Positions 50,973 to 63,162 of a stretch of DNA of 64,000 nt are shown one piece after another. The position numbers were made by a program, and so were the translations under genes. The notes under the pieces are model-generated. The model had not been told where the DNA came from. It saw nothing but the letters and a program-made list of their open reading frames with translations, and ran no database searches. This stretch comes from Antedon mediterranea (lineage: Eukaryota; Animalia; Echinodermata). The stretch is from positions 1,860,001 through 1,924,000 of the forward strand of contig NC_092680.1 in the NCBI RefSeq assembly GCF_964355755.1, written 5' to 3'. How positions within the stretch are numbered: position 1 is the first letter of the stretch; the number at the start of each line of letters is the position of its first letter.

Positions 50973-53900
50973 ATGTATCTGAGAATATTGATGTTGTCAA
51001 CTTTCTTGGTATTTACGACGGCGGCAGACTCCGACAAGCCACTCCAAGGTAAGATTATACGGAAGTCCAAAAGCGCCAGAAGCGCCAAAATTAATTTCTG
51101 CAGATAACGTTGGAATCGAATACCATATCCCGTGTTATAAGTTTGTAAATGGTTGCGTATGGAATGGAATACTTTGTGTACATTGTCACGTATAGCCTAC
51201 TTTTTGTCTGTTTGTTCAGCATGTATTTATAGTCCACTTATTGTATAATGCATTTGGAATGATGTGGTTTGTAGATAAATCAATTATAAACTGTCTTGTT
51301 TTTGTTTTCCAATTCTATAGTTTAACAAGAAATATGTTTGAAATGAATACAATTAAACTTTGCGTTCCAATTCAATGATCACGAATTCAAATCATATCTC
51401 TTTCTCTCATTAATTATCAGCATACATTGAAAAGCTTATTGTGTTATGATCTCAAATTTGTTTTTTAAATATAAAACTCGTTCTCACGCTTAACATGAAC
51501 TTGGGAAATTTGGACTACTATATTTGGACGCCACGGCAGTCGGAACAAGTTCTGAAAAGGTTATTGCAGTACACACGACACAGATGTGTACACTAGACCT
51601 TCAGTCCTTAATCTTCTAGAAGACTTGTTCTACCACCTGAACTATTATATGGTTGAGTCGAGCCTTGTATCTGTGATATGGTTTGTGGATACCCAACTCG
51701 TCTACATTAACGTTAAGAATTGTGAGAATATACTTGTTGAGAGGTACAAATATGATCTCATGTAGGCTATCTTGGTTGGATACTCACACTAAAATTGGAA
51801 GTCAAGCGATTTAGCCAATTAGTAGAACTCATTGACAATCTGAGGGCTACATCATAGATTTCTCAACTAGATAGTGATATGCACTGGACATTAATTGGAT
51901 CAAGTTGATATAAAGATTACCTTAGTAATATAACCATAATAATGAAAAAGTCTACAACAATGTTTGCTCCAATCTCTCAAAGATAAAGCTGGTCAGTGAC
52001 CCTTAACATAAAGATGTGCCAAATATGAAAGTTGGCAAGTCACGTAAATATACAACATCACCAAGATGACCAATTCTGAAGAAATTGTAAGCTAATGACT
52101 CTCATTACAGGATAACAAGTTATGAAGAATGGGTGTGTGTTGGTTTTCAAGCCTGGGTTATAGATATTAATTTGAAACTGAATTAGGATACTGCAAGATT
52201 ATTTCACAATCCAGTTGGCATCAATCGTTAAGTCTGAGCATGGAGAAATAAGTTTTCTCCATGGTCTGAGCCTCCTTTACTCTGCCTAGCGAAAACAGGA
52301 CAACCTTGATGAAAAATGATTAGTTTTCATTTAAAATAGCAGTAAGCTTATAGTTATAATAATAAGTAAGAGAAATCGCCACCATGGTAGTATGGATTTT
52401 AAGCTTTCTATGGCCAAATAAGTTAGTTCATGTCCCTCTCTTTGAGACTCTCATCTTCATATGTTTTACGTCACAATCTAATAGTAAAGCCACCAGCTTG
52501 AAAGTTGTAATGTATTGAGATGCAAATGGATGCAGCATAAAAAATGTTGTATTGAAAAACTATAACAATGAAACGTTCAAAATTGAATCAATCAATCAAT
52601 TTCTTTTATTTCGGAAATGTTTCATCCATATCCACAAACGTACAAACAGAAAAGAAGAAAGAAAATTCACAAACTCTAAGCTTAAATATATAGGATTACT
52701 TCTCCATCTGCAATACATTTTGGAGTTATGGGGCATATGTTTGCAAACACAAGCAACCAGAATATCAATCAATCAATTAAACATCAACAGCAGACGATAA
52801 GATAATGACGATGTAGTGATGCAGATTTTAATGTTATTCATAATGTTAATGATGTTGATAAGGATCATCTTTCGTAATTAAGATGAAGCACACTGATGAC
52901 CTGCCGTCGAAACTGATCCACTCGACATCTTAAAACACAAGTTGATAACTCAGCATGCTATAATTCGATTCATCTCAATCATGAAATGACGTCATATATA
53001 GCACTGGTCATGTGGAGAAAACTATACGATTAAATATGGGTGTTCCCGATACCAAAACTAGGCTTATTTACTGTAATGTCTATTATTTAGTTTCTGCTTA
53101 AATTAATAGCAAAGGTGCATTCCTTTGTTAAAAATCCTGTTGTTATAGTGTGGTAGACGATGAAAAAAGGCAGTGGACACACATTAATGGAAGTAGTGTA
53201 GACTAACAGTAGTACTAGCATGTATGTGTTTAAATGAAAGAAGCTCGACCTTGGTGATTCATTATCCATTCATATAATTGTGTGCTATAATTTAGAATAT
53301 TAAAGCTTCAGTGTTGTTTTACTTGTTTATTGGAATTATGATAAAGGCTGAAATATGTGGCTTTGACAAATATTGGGGATGGCGAATATGACGTTAATAA
53401 TAACACACGTCTAAAAATGTGTTCAAATTAGGCCTATACACAAGACACTCGTGGCCAGGAACCCTACAAAAGTTGAAGTTGTTTAGGCCTACCTCATAAA
53501 ATCAATAATAAACCCTCCTGAAGCCCCGCCCCTGATCAAGTCACCTGCCGGTGGTATAAATAGTAGACCTATACAGTTTCATTAATGATTACTTAACAGC
53601 CTAGTATGGTTGAGAAACAAACCCCGAAACAAACCCAATATAACTAAATGATTTGGTTCCATAAACAACTCACCGTGTTTTTAATCTAGGTCTATTAGCC
53701 ACAAGGTGCAATATAATACGAAGTTATTCTAAACAGGACAACAACTGACGGTAAACAAACTAGTTAACGGTTTTAGGTGACCCATGCCCGTGTTTCCCTG
53801 ATAGCTTATTGATAATATTTATACCCTGCTGTATTATTCATATCATTATGATGATAATAAGACCACTCATCACCACCGTCGTCGTTTTCGTCGTCGTCGT

Positions 53901-56900
53901 TTTCGTCGTTGTCGTTTTCATCGTTGTCGTTTTCATCGTCGTCGTTTTCACGGTCGTTGTTTTCGTCGTCGTCGCCGTTTTCGTCGTCGTCATTTTCGTC
54001 GTCGTCGTTTTAATTGTCGTCGTTTTCATGTCGTCGTTTTCATTGTCATCGTCGACGTTTTAATCAGTAATACCATCTACCATTTTCAATACCATACCAT
54101 TAGTAGCCATTATCAGTATATTTTTATCGTATTTTTAACACATTGACAATTTCAATTTGTTCTTCAATCTTTATCGACAGTAATATTTTGTTACACAACC
54201 GACACTAGGCCTATGCATAATAATGTTAGCTCAGACAGACTCCAGAAATTAAATTGTCAACTATAGCGTATAATACGAAATCAAGCCAACAACAGGGAAT
54301 TGTCCTTTTCCTCTCAATATTAAAATATTAACTAATTACGTCTAATTTCTCAGCATAACTGTATGTGATAGTGCGCCATTTGATCTTACGTTAGAACACT
54401 GGTTCCTCTGTGACTCCCGTAGAGAACACCGCCGTTTCACTACGAAATATCGCTCCCACCCATGCTCATCAAACATCTGATAGTAGATAGGTCGCTTATG
54501 ATGAGCATGTCTTTCCCATTGCAAGGTCATTATAGGAACACAGATATGATTATAGATAAGAATATAAGTTATGTATAAAGAAGTGTTTGGACGATGTAAC
54601 CAATTTACAACCAAAACGCATTTGCTAAATTTCGAGGGGGCAAACAATTATTAGCACGAATTTTTTAGCATTTTTTTATATAATAATTATAAAGATCTAT
54701 TTATGTTCATGGCTATTTTAAATTTGAAATTAAATTAAAACAAAAATATTACATCAATGTGTTTAATATTTACACAGATTTGTTATAAAAACAGACTATA
54801 ATCAGTCGGGTCAATATGGTTACTTTATTGTGGGTTAGAGAAACAGTATTTTAAAATCGTCAAGAATTTGTCTTGATATTATCATCTGTGTTGCTGTTGG
54901 TAATTTGTTATCGAAATCACTGCAAATGATTTTCTGATATCTTATAAACCTAAGATAACCCATCGTTGGCCTAATATTGGATTATGTTGATTTAAACTAT
55001 ACATTAATTGTGACGCGGCTTCTACCCCTTCATGCGTGGTTATACACCTGTTGAAGCCCGCTTCCAAACAACATCGCCGGCATGGAGAGGGCTAGAAGGC
55101 TAATTATTATTTTACGAGGAATATATTTGGCAATAATTACGGGACAAAAACACCCAGATGGTAACCAAGAATAACTTTTGCGCCCAAGAATTCCTGTTAT
55201 GAAATATGCAAACAGATTTTGCATACCCCGGGGCAGATGTGTAATTTAGCTACTGTATCAGTTTTAAATTGATTTTGTTATTTGGTTTTCATATGATTGA
55301 AATGGATTTGGCGTGGTAATTTGTACATCATATGGAGTCGTGGAGGGTACCCTGGTGGAGCTCTGACTGCAATGGAACCAGTATAGAAACAGCGGGTGAC
55401 ATAGACATCTTTAAGTCAGCTCATAGATCGCCTCCTTATCACTAATTGCTATGCCTCCAAAGTATTATCATAACAGCGATATTGTTTTGCTTACCTAGTT
55501 TGATTACCTAAACCTCGAAGGAAATCATTGATTGATTAGTTCGCTGACGACCCGTATGTTTAGCTCATCTTGTTAGAAGTATGTCTTTATGAATGACAAC
55601 ATTATCATCATCATTACCTTCATAATTACATTTGTGTTTAATTTATAGTTTAACTAAAATTACCTTGTTTGAATATCCAATATCAATTTCAAATATTTCT
55701 CGCATTATAATTAACTATTCGTAGAAGCGTATAAAACTTATGGAACAGAAAACAATCAAAGATAATAAAAGTAGACATAAATGATTCAAGAATGATTTAC
55801 TATATAACAATTATTCGTATTATTAAATACATTTTTTCATAATGGTGAAATTTACATTAGTTAATAATTTTCGTAGAGTTCTTGCTAATGTTGATAAAAG
55901 ATTTGTTAGATAGTTCGTTTTTCTTTTATATTTATTTAAGGCAAGCCAAGATATGAGCACTGTAATGTCCATTATATTGGATAATAAAATGACTGTACCT
56001 GAATGTATCTGTATCTACATATTCTGTTTTCCCCAATAAAAAGTTATCCTAGACTTATGGCCTACTTTTTTCGCATTACTGCCGATTACCATCAAGCAAT
56101 AACGTGCATTATTTGTTTATGGTACCGGATTTTTTTCTAAGCCATTCACTCGGAACAATTCGTCTACGTATTAGTTAACAATGCACCTAGGTGACTGACG
56201 CCTTGCCTCAGTTCTCCCATCATCTCCATTTACAAGTGCTTCACACCTTTTCCAATGCTTGTAATAATAATTTTTCTGCCAAATAAACAATTATTTTGTG
56301 GCTTCTGATTTTATATTATGGGTCATGATCTAGAACTGAATTCGCCATTGTTTTCATTAAAGCATACGTAAGATCAGTTTCGTCACCAATTGTTTATGTG
56401 ACAGCAGAAGCTCATCAATTTGAGTGGTTTATGCTTAAATAAGTTAAACTCTTTCTCTCACAAGCTTGTGAAACATTTAAAGTTCGGTCGAATGAGTCTC
56501 ATATTGATAATTCAAACATGGAGATATATAGTTCATACGCCATTACCATCAATAGCACTAAGGCCTATTTGTATTCTTTTCTATTCTATTTGTGCATTCT
56601 CTCTTTTTTTCCATTCCCAAGTTGTTTTTCTTAATAAAAATATTTGTAAACAGTTTATATTAATTAGAAAGTCAGATCAACTGGAGACAGTGCTTACGTT
56701 GGGTATAGCTTAATACAATATTGTTATTGTAAACACTTTGTATATATAATCTATACTCTATATACACGCACAGATTTTCATAATTTCTATAGCATCAACA
56801 TCATCATAATATTCTCTCTGTGTGTGGTACCAATATGTTGTCTCTACTTCAATACGCAGATGGCATTCTTAAACTTTGAACCGACGCGCTTTCATTAGGT

Positions 56901-59900
56901 TCCATCATGAATCATTAGTGACCACAGGTCGTACTCCACCCAGCATCAATCTTCAGTTTTAATATTTGAAACTTGCTATTTAGGCCTACTGTACGTGGAT
57001 CAACATTTGTAGTTCTAATATTTTATATAGGCCTATGTGTGAAAAAATGATAGCGGAGCTGTAGCTTGATGGGTAACTGCTTGCCTTACAATCCGAGGTT
57101 CAACCCTGACCTGTGCCAGAGTTGTAACTCTTTCAACTCCACACCCTAATCCTCAAATGAGACTTAGTTTATAAACAATGATACATTGTAAATTAGTTTA
57201 TCCATCCTGTAATTGGCGAGGTTATGCGTATGAAATAAATTTAAAATACGGTAAATCACCAGAAGACATAGTTACATTTTAGATTGAGGAAAACTGAAAA
57301 AAAAAATGGTTTACATTCGCAGTACTCATCCTTGAAATAATATCATCTACATTTACCTTTTCTTTTATATCGTATAGTGATGGACCTATTTAAAGTGTTT
57401 GGTATCGGTGAAAGTTTAATAGCTGGAATAAGCCCTGTCGAAGACCCTCCGGACTTCCAACTAGGCAACGCATATTACTTTGGTGGTGATGCCGTCATGA
57501 CGCTCCTAAAGGCCGATAGGCTGGAACTTAAGAAGCTAGGCCAGGCCTTGAGACATCGGGATGATGTGTTTCTGATGGTTAATGTACGTCTTGTACCTTT
57601 GTCGCAGAGTGTTCTTCTTGGAATCTACTCAAAGACTAATATGCCATTGGTTTACTTAGAGATTGTTTTAAACAGTGGAACAGGGTCTGATAAATGTAAG
57701 TATAGGCCTACCAGAATAGTTTCCCTAACTTTAGGCCTATTTTACTGTACCTTATTTCCATAATTCACATGTCACATATTCGTAACATGTTACAATTATA
57801 TAAGAAAAGTATTTCTAATATGTAAAAATACGTGACAAATGTGACTGTAAAAGAGTTTTCCTTTACAAATGGTGACAATTGTGTGTAAAAATATAATTCT
57901 GATGTCCACTGGATACGAAAATGGAAAGTTTATCATATCTCAAACTCTTGGTACATATTTCGTTCTATTTCACCAATTAAACTGTCAATTGGGCAGCCTA
58001 CGTGTGCCGTGTACTGTTTATACAATTATTCAGTTATGTGAACATCTTCTTATTGTTTTTATAGTAACTATTAACTACAACTCTCAACTTGGAGAAACAC
58101 GTAAGATTATCTTTGATGACCTTCATCTGGTGGACGGCGAGTGGCACAAAATGATTATCCAGTTCACGAAGCTGCAGACTCGACGTGAAAATGAAATAAT
58201 TTTGTATTTAGATTGTGGAAAAGTTGGTCACATGCCGACAGATGGAAGAATAGGGAAAATTCTAACTTTAGATCGTATTAATACTATGGAATTCAGACTT
58301 GCGCAATCTGGACCCAATTCACTTTCTATGCCATTTGAGGTAAATTATTCAGATATTTTGAACTATTCGTTTTTAAACCTGATCGGTGGTAATCAATGAC
58401 CATTTGTTTTAGCCTAAAGCTCTGTCTACACTATCAAACTTTATGTGATTAAAAAATGTGATGTTCGACATGATGATGTCATATTACTACCATATTTGGG
58501 CACATCACACTTTTTTTTTGTCAAACTAGATAGAGCTTTATTTGTTGAGAACATAACCATTTTGTTCCAGATGACATTAGAGCTATCGGCTTTCTATTTT
58601 TCATCCTAAAACATGTTTATAAACCCAAATAGGACAGGGGTATTAAGTTGATTTTAATTAGTAAATAATTTTCACTTTATTTAATAGTTGAATTGTAATA
58701 ATAATTAATTTACTTTACTGTTTTTTGTTTCAACAGGGTGCAATGCAGTTCCCTCGATTTCAGTTTGGTGGAACTATTGCTGATGCCAAAAATACTATCA
58801 ACTGTTACCAAGCGCAAGGATTACGTAGTCAAGGTAAACGACAAATAATTAAAGCAGGAATTGTTATAATTTAATACTACTACTAATAGTAATTTCAAAG
58901 ATTATAATAGTGTAAATCAAAACTCAGTATATGAATTACAAAAATGTTCCAAGTCGTTTTGAATGAATTATAGAGCTACTGTAGGCCTACTGTTCTTTGC
59001 TTTGTAACCCTACTGATTGCTGTTTTTTATTTTTCCTATCTCTAACATTTACTCTGTGTCCGTATGGAATGTAGAATATATTGTAAATATGTGTTCGTAG
59101 AGGTTATTCAATGTTTCTTTCATCAAGAAATTCCTGCTTTATTTGATCGTTCTGTACTTATATAGTCTGCTTTTCCCAAACTAACCAAGTTTGTTTTTCA
59201 TTCCTTTTTCTGCAACTATGTGTTAACTTGAAGACGAAGCTTCTAGTTTTGGTAGGTATGCTATATATATCTGTAATAGCTACAATATGTATTGATAAGA
59301 ATTACATTAATATCAATTGTTTATAAAAAAAGAACAATAAAAAAATCATTTAGGTATGACTTTTATAAAAATAAAAGAAAGGTTTTCAATTTGGTATGAT
59401 GATATTCAAAATGAACAACATACTGATAGTTTACTATAAATAATCAGATAACATACAACCCCTTCAATAAAAGCTGAACTCACCTTCGCTTCAAAGATCA
59501 AACCATTAATTATATACTATATCAAGAAAGTAAGATTAGAACAAAGAGAGTCAAACAATTGAATTGGTTAGGAAACTACAATAAAATACAAATTAATAAT
59601 GTTCATGTTTGACAGAACAAACTTGTGTTCTGTAAAATATTGAAAATTCTTAGGCTGGCGAATACACAAAATTCACTGTTGTCTAACTGGGTTAGACAGT
59701 AGGAGGTAGAGAAGCAATTTGCCCGCCTTAAGTAATTTAAAATTTTAGTTGATACCTGAAAATGACTTGTATATGTTGCATGCTGAACTACATTAAATGA
59801 ACGTTTCGGTTCTCCAGGGATATTAGCGTTCCTTCTTCTTCGTTAGGTAAAACAACAGTCTTGTAAATCGATCCGCTGCCAGTACAACCACAAATGTATT

Positions 59901-62880
59901 TTTCCTTTTGGTCCATCAAATCCTGCTGAATACTTTTATTACAGTGATCTAACAAATAAAAAAAAAAAAATAAATAAAAAAATAAAAAAAATAGGCCTAT
60001 TGAAAGTATAAACCCGCTTTATAAAGCAAACAATTATTATATAATAATGACAATCAGTGCACTATGTGAACAATCTAACGACGATATATCTTAAATATTT
60101 CCCAAGTATTGTCAATTGGATATGAATGGTTTGGAACATTTTATATAAATTAAAAGCTCATATATCAACAAATATAATTTTACAAACATGGTACACATGC
60201 AAGCAGTATTACTATTCATTCTAATAAATTCGTTTAGGACAGAATCAAATTGTCCACAAAAAATATTGGTTGATAATGTGTTAGGCCTAACCTGAAGAAG
60301 TTCGCTGATCAAAAAGTTCACAGGCCTGTTTTTAAAAAAAAATAAATTAATGCTATTTTGCCACTCAAAGAACATTAACCTTAAAGTGTGTACTTTTAGA
60401 TATAACTTGCATTAAAAATCCGATGAATAGTCTTACAAAAATGGAATAAAAATTATAGAGAAAGTGCATTGGGGTTGTGCAAAGGTGTGTTGGTGGAAAT
60501 GAACACCTTAACACAATCGCTGTATAAACGCCCTCTGGCGGTATCCATACACATGACATTTGAGGCGTTCTCATCACTGTGGTTGGTCCATCAAATATGA
60601 CACAGATTCAGTACGGAAATGATACCATAACAAATGGTTCAGCTGATATTGCATTTATATACAAAAATTCGAATTACAAATTTCTTCTATAAACTTTTAT
60701 GAAAAATAATAAAACTTATACATTTTTGTTTAATGATGGCTACTGCCAGCTACTGAAACAAAACAAACCCTTTCCATTACTGTGTATCGCGCATGCGCGA
60801 TGTAGCCTCAGGTGTAATCGTATAATAGCGCACGAATTTCACAAAATGCTCGCGATTAAAAAAGATGTTTGAAGCAGAAATAGTTTAAAATACTTTTAAT
60901 TCCATAGGAATGACAGAAATGCAGACTATGATGCAATCAATGGCATATGCTGTACAGGGAATGAAAGCAAGTATGGACGAACAAGTAAGTACAATTAGCA
61001 TACTTATTTGCATACAAGTGGTGTAATGTGATTGACTATAACCGCGCGTACAACTAGTAGCATTGCTGTAGGCACATGGAGTCCAATGTCTTAACCAATA
61101 ATATGAAATGTTACTTTCAATGTCTGAATTCAATTTGATATAGACCAAAGGTGTTCGCAATAATTTAAACACTTGACATTTAAAATTTGCAGATACGCAT
61201 AGACAATGTTTACAAACATTTTTGTCAACATTTTAATTTTTTGTTCAAATATTGTAGAAAAAATACCATACTCAATAAGAATATTTGCAACTTAATTAAA
61301 ATGGCATTATTTTTTTGCATATTTAAATTGTATAAATTTTTTTAAAGTTTTTTTAATTATTTATATTACATGTACTTTGTTTACGAAATAACTTATAAAT
61401 TTGAATATGTATAGACTTTGGAAATGGAACGTATGAAAAACACATTAAATAGTTGTGGTATTTGCAACGATCCCAGGCTACGAGGTAAGATCTATTTCCA
61501 CATGTATACTTTTGGGTTTTTGCACGTATTTATTTTATATAAAAAGGAATTGATGAACACAAACACTTTTGTCAGAACGAGATAAAGAAAATAAATAAAT
61601 AATTGTAACTACCATCAGATAGCAATATAGGTATCAAAGGTACTCTCGATGGAGTTTGGTGAGGACACCACCTGCAAAGTCTTCCAGCCTAAGCCATTTC
61701 ACCCAGATTACTGTATTTTCAATACAGCAACCATCTCTGTTTTCCTCCTAACATTTTGAACGTTTTGGTCCCTACTATTCGACTGCTCTTCTGCTTTTAT
61801 GCTACAAGTTATCAATTCATAAGTACAAGTTCACACCCATATGTCACTCATCACAACACACTTTGACAACTGCGTGATCTTGTTTTATACAATTATATTA
61901 TCGTGTCTTTAAATCAAGTTATATAGTGTTATTTCATATACATTATATTTTTATCATATTATATTAGCCTTGAAAGCAGTAAAATCATAGTGATGTGCCC
62001 GGGGCAAAAGCATATTTATCCCTGAATTTGAACCGTTCTACACGTGACTTTTTTACACTTATTGGTCATCTCCATTACATCTCTTAAAATTTTGCTAAAG
62101 AAATATTCTTCTTCTACTTTAGAAGAGGCCCTGACTGACGTGCATTATGAACTTATCATCTTAAACATATATTATCATAATATAAAACATCTTTTGTCTT
62201 TTTTGTACCAATTGTTTCTTTTGAAGACTGAAGTTTTTTTATTCAAGACATTTGTATTACTTGTTCTATTTACAGTTCCATATGTTTCCAAAAAATAATA
62301 GAAGGTTGCGAAAGTAGATTTGTAGAAATTTAGTTATTAACAACTTCCTTTAAAAGTTTAACAAAGCACAAACAATAATTTGGCGAAACAAACTCTCAAC
62401 TTCTTTAAAGAAGCAGTTAGTTTAATGAAGCACAAACAGTAATTTCATTATAAGACTTTCTTTTAAAACGGTTTGTTACACATTTACAATTAACACAATT
62501 TTGAGATTAAAGTACAGAATAAATACAGAATCCAAGATTTTAACAAGGAACCCTCAGTAGACTTGCCATAAATCTGTTATTTCGAGGTTTTTCGATATAT
62601 GAGCCAAAATAGTTATCTTGTTACTAATAATAAGTCAAAACTCCGCCAGGAACCCAGATAAGGATCCCTGGTGCAGACTCGCTACTCTACCTAGAAAAAA
62701 TAAAGTAATGCTTCAGTTTTGCCATTTACAGAGGAATCTCGACTACCACCGGAGACGAATTGCGACATGAAACCATGTCATCCAGGCGTAGCATGTACGA
62801 TGACCCCTAGTGGGTATGCATGTGCCCCATGTCCAAAGGGCTTTGATGGCAATGGTACATTCTGTACAGATATTGATGAG
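50973..62880 (+). CDS. Thrombospondin of subgroup B (THBS3/THBS4/COMP-like), 5' part only; gene continues beyond the window
   Basis: Exons 50973-51048 (signal peptide), 57378-57695, 58065-58339 (LamG-like [11 protein letters not shown]), 58737-58833, probable microexons 59234-59255 and 59818-59846, 60908-60984 and 61415-61484 (coiled coil ending [11 protein letters not shown], the CxxC of pentameric TSPs), 62732-62880 (EGF: PCHPGVAC...[20 protein letters not shown]). All phases are consistent. Confidence 0.88.
52239..52263. other. Palindromic micro-insertion with perfect 7-bp TSD
   Basis: CATGGAGAAATAAGTTTTCTCCATG flanked by GTCTGAG at 52232-52238 and 52264-52270. Confidence 0.8.
53875..54060. 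repeat. Compound (GTC)n-TTTT microsatellite, ~15-bp unit
   Basis: GTCGTCGTCGTTTTC-like units. They produce the spurious Val-rich and Thr-rich ORFs. Confidence 0.9.
57054..57245 (+). mobile_element. tRNA-derived SINE
   Basis: GGAGCTGTAGCTTGATGG...CAATCCGAGGTTCAACCCTG head, similar to the 2535 copy. Tail shared with the 49465 copy. Confidence 0.6.
58418..58537. mobile_element. MITE family A copy
   Basis: Perfect left TIR, partly deleted right TIR. Confidence 0.8.
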
Positions 62881-62965
62881 GTAGGCTTAATTTTAGATTA
62901 CAAAATGAAATACAAATAAAATATAGGTCAAGTTATAATCTTGTTGCCTTCAATCAATCAATTAA

Positions 62966-63162
62966 AGATGTCTTGTCCCAATAGAAACGGTTAATTTTAA
63001 CCAAAATCCATTGTCTGACCAATAACTTAAGTATTTTTTGCTTTAAATTACATTAATTCTTTTTATCCAGTTTTTGGTCAAGATAAATAACTATTATGTG
63101 ACATTAAAATTGCATATTCAACAGCAAATTCGAAAAAAAAAATGTTTAGGAAGAATATATCT
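62966..63162. mobile_element. Degenerate copy of the TTAA/Kolobok-like MITE
   Basis: TTAA-AGATGTCTTGTCCC ... GGAAGAATATATCT-TTAA resembles the termini of 588-1130. Confidence 0.5.

Noticed and set aside
51480-52225. Possible Helentron-associated (HINE-like) element; similar hints at ~47740-48030 and ~44300-44600
   Set aside because: Composition suggests old repeats, but I could not define termini, subterminal repeats or a second copy.
53809-54063. Val-rich and Thr-rich (mucin-like) ORFs
   Set aside because: Translation of a (GTC)n compound microsatellite in an intron; no convincing splice sites.
62647-62670. CAGGAACCC...GGATCCCTG as another excision scar
   Set aside because: Imperfect arms and no target duplication.
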